A model generated the notes under the pieces. That model was not told the DNA's origin. It did not search any database and saw nothing but the letters and a program-made list of their open reading frames with translations. A stretch of 64,000 bases of DNA, from contig CAVPSJ010000011.1 in assembly GCA_963708295.1 (NCBI GenBank), positions 224,001 through 288,000 on the forward strand, written 5' to 3'. Shown here one piece after another: positions 63,428 to 64,000 of this stretch. Made by a program: the position numbers and the translations under genes. Source of the DNA: an uncultured delta proteobacterium (lineage in GTDB: Bacteria; Desulfobacterota; BSN033; UBA1163). Position 1 is the stretch's first letter; every line of letters starts with the position of its first letter.

Positions 63428-64000
63428 CTATCCCTTCTCTCCCTTCTCAAGCCTTTTGATCTCCTCTTGAATCGCCTTTTCTGCCAAATCCGGAACTACT
63501 TCTTTAACAATCTTTTCGATCCGTTCAATGGTAAAGCCCACGACATTCTGGGTCATCTCCGGGACAAGTTTTGTCATCATCTCTCGCATGATCTCCTGAA
63601 CCTTTTGCGAAATGACCTCCTGCATCTGTCTATCCACTGCCCTCACCAGGGAAGGAACTTCTTCCTGAGGTATCTTCGTGGCTTCCAACGGAGTCATCTT
63701 CGGAGCCTCGACTCGAATCATGCTCGGAGCTGCCCCCTCTTCCAACTGATCTATGGTTATTTCTTCTATTTCCTCCAACCGCTCCATCTCTCCAATCTGA
63801 CCAGTCGGTTCCGTCCCCCCCATCTCTTCTATCTCTTCCACTTCTTCCAGCTTCTCTATCTCTTCCATTCCCTCTATCGGCTCAACCTCGAGATCCTCCA
63901 GACTCAATTCTTCGGCCTTGACCTCGCTTGGCTCCCCGACGGCACTAATCTCCCCCTCTCCCAATAGATCTTCCAAGAGTTCTTCCGGAAACTCCTCTTC
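63428..64000 (-). CDS. RomR-like response regulator, C-terminal part (5' end outside the window)
   Basis: Acidic low-complexity linker then IEKIVKEVVPDLAEKAIQEEIKRL; directly upstream of valS, as for Myxococcus romR. Confidence 0.65.
   Translation of the reverse strand, partial: EEEFPEELLEDLLGEGEISAVGEPSEVKAEELSLEDLEVEPIEGMEEIEKLEEVEEIEEMGGTEPTGQIGEMERLEEIEEITIDQLEEGAAPSMIRVEAPKMTPLEATKIPQEEVPSLVRAVDRQMQEVISQKVQEIMREMMTKLVPEMTQNVVGFTIERIEKIVKEVVPDLAEKAIQEEIKRLEKGEKG

Overview
Core-chromosome segment of a roughly 50% GC bacterium. Gene content and order (xerD-CBS/tRNA nucleotidyltransferase-scpA, pnp-M16 peptidase-dut, romR-like gene next to valS, selB) point to a Desulfobacterota/deltaproteobacterial genome; this is an inference. 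Most of the window is housekeeping: the rimP-nusA-infB-rbfA-truB-rpsO-pnp operon, xseAB-dxs-tlyA-yicC-gmk-rpoZ, queD-folE2, an archaeal-type thyA, ogg, selB, hup, ltaE, gatCA and valS. Accessory parts are the right end of an integrative element at tRNA-Arg(CCT) (1-624), a ToxR/CadC-like wHTH-TM-TolB/TPR gene with a perfect 22-bp palindrome at its promoter (about 1.8-4.8 kb), and an AT-richer decayed integrative island (about 41.3-46.9 kb). Several genes, including conserved housekeeping ones, carry single-base frameshifts that look like assembly indels. The most unexplained signal is a set of GC-rich, strongly base-paired intergenic elements of 150-330 nt that I cannot assign to any known RNA class. 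They lie at 23.26-23.57 kb (between an HNH nuclease and an RNase Z-like gene), 47.71-48.03 kb (upstream of thyA), 48.87-49.02 kb, and 51.83-52.05 kb (upstream of selB, next to NrdR-box-like and IHF sites). No CRISPR array, rRNA, reverse transcriptase or transposase was seen. All structures were folded by eye and no searches were run.
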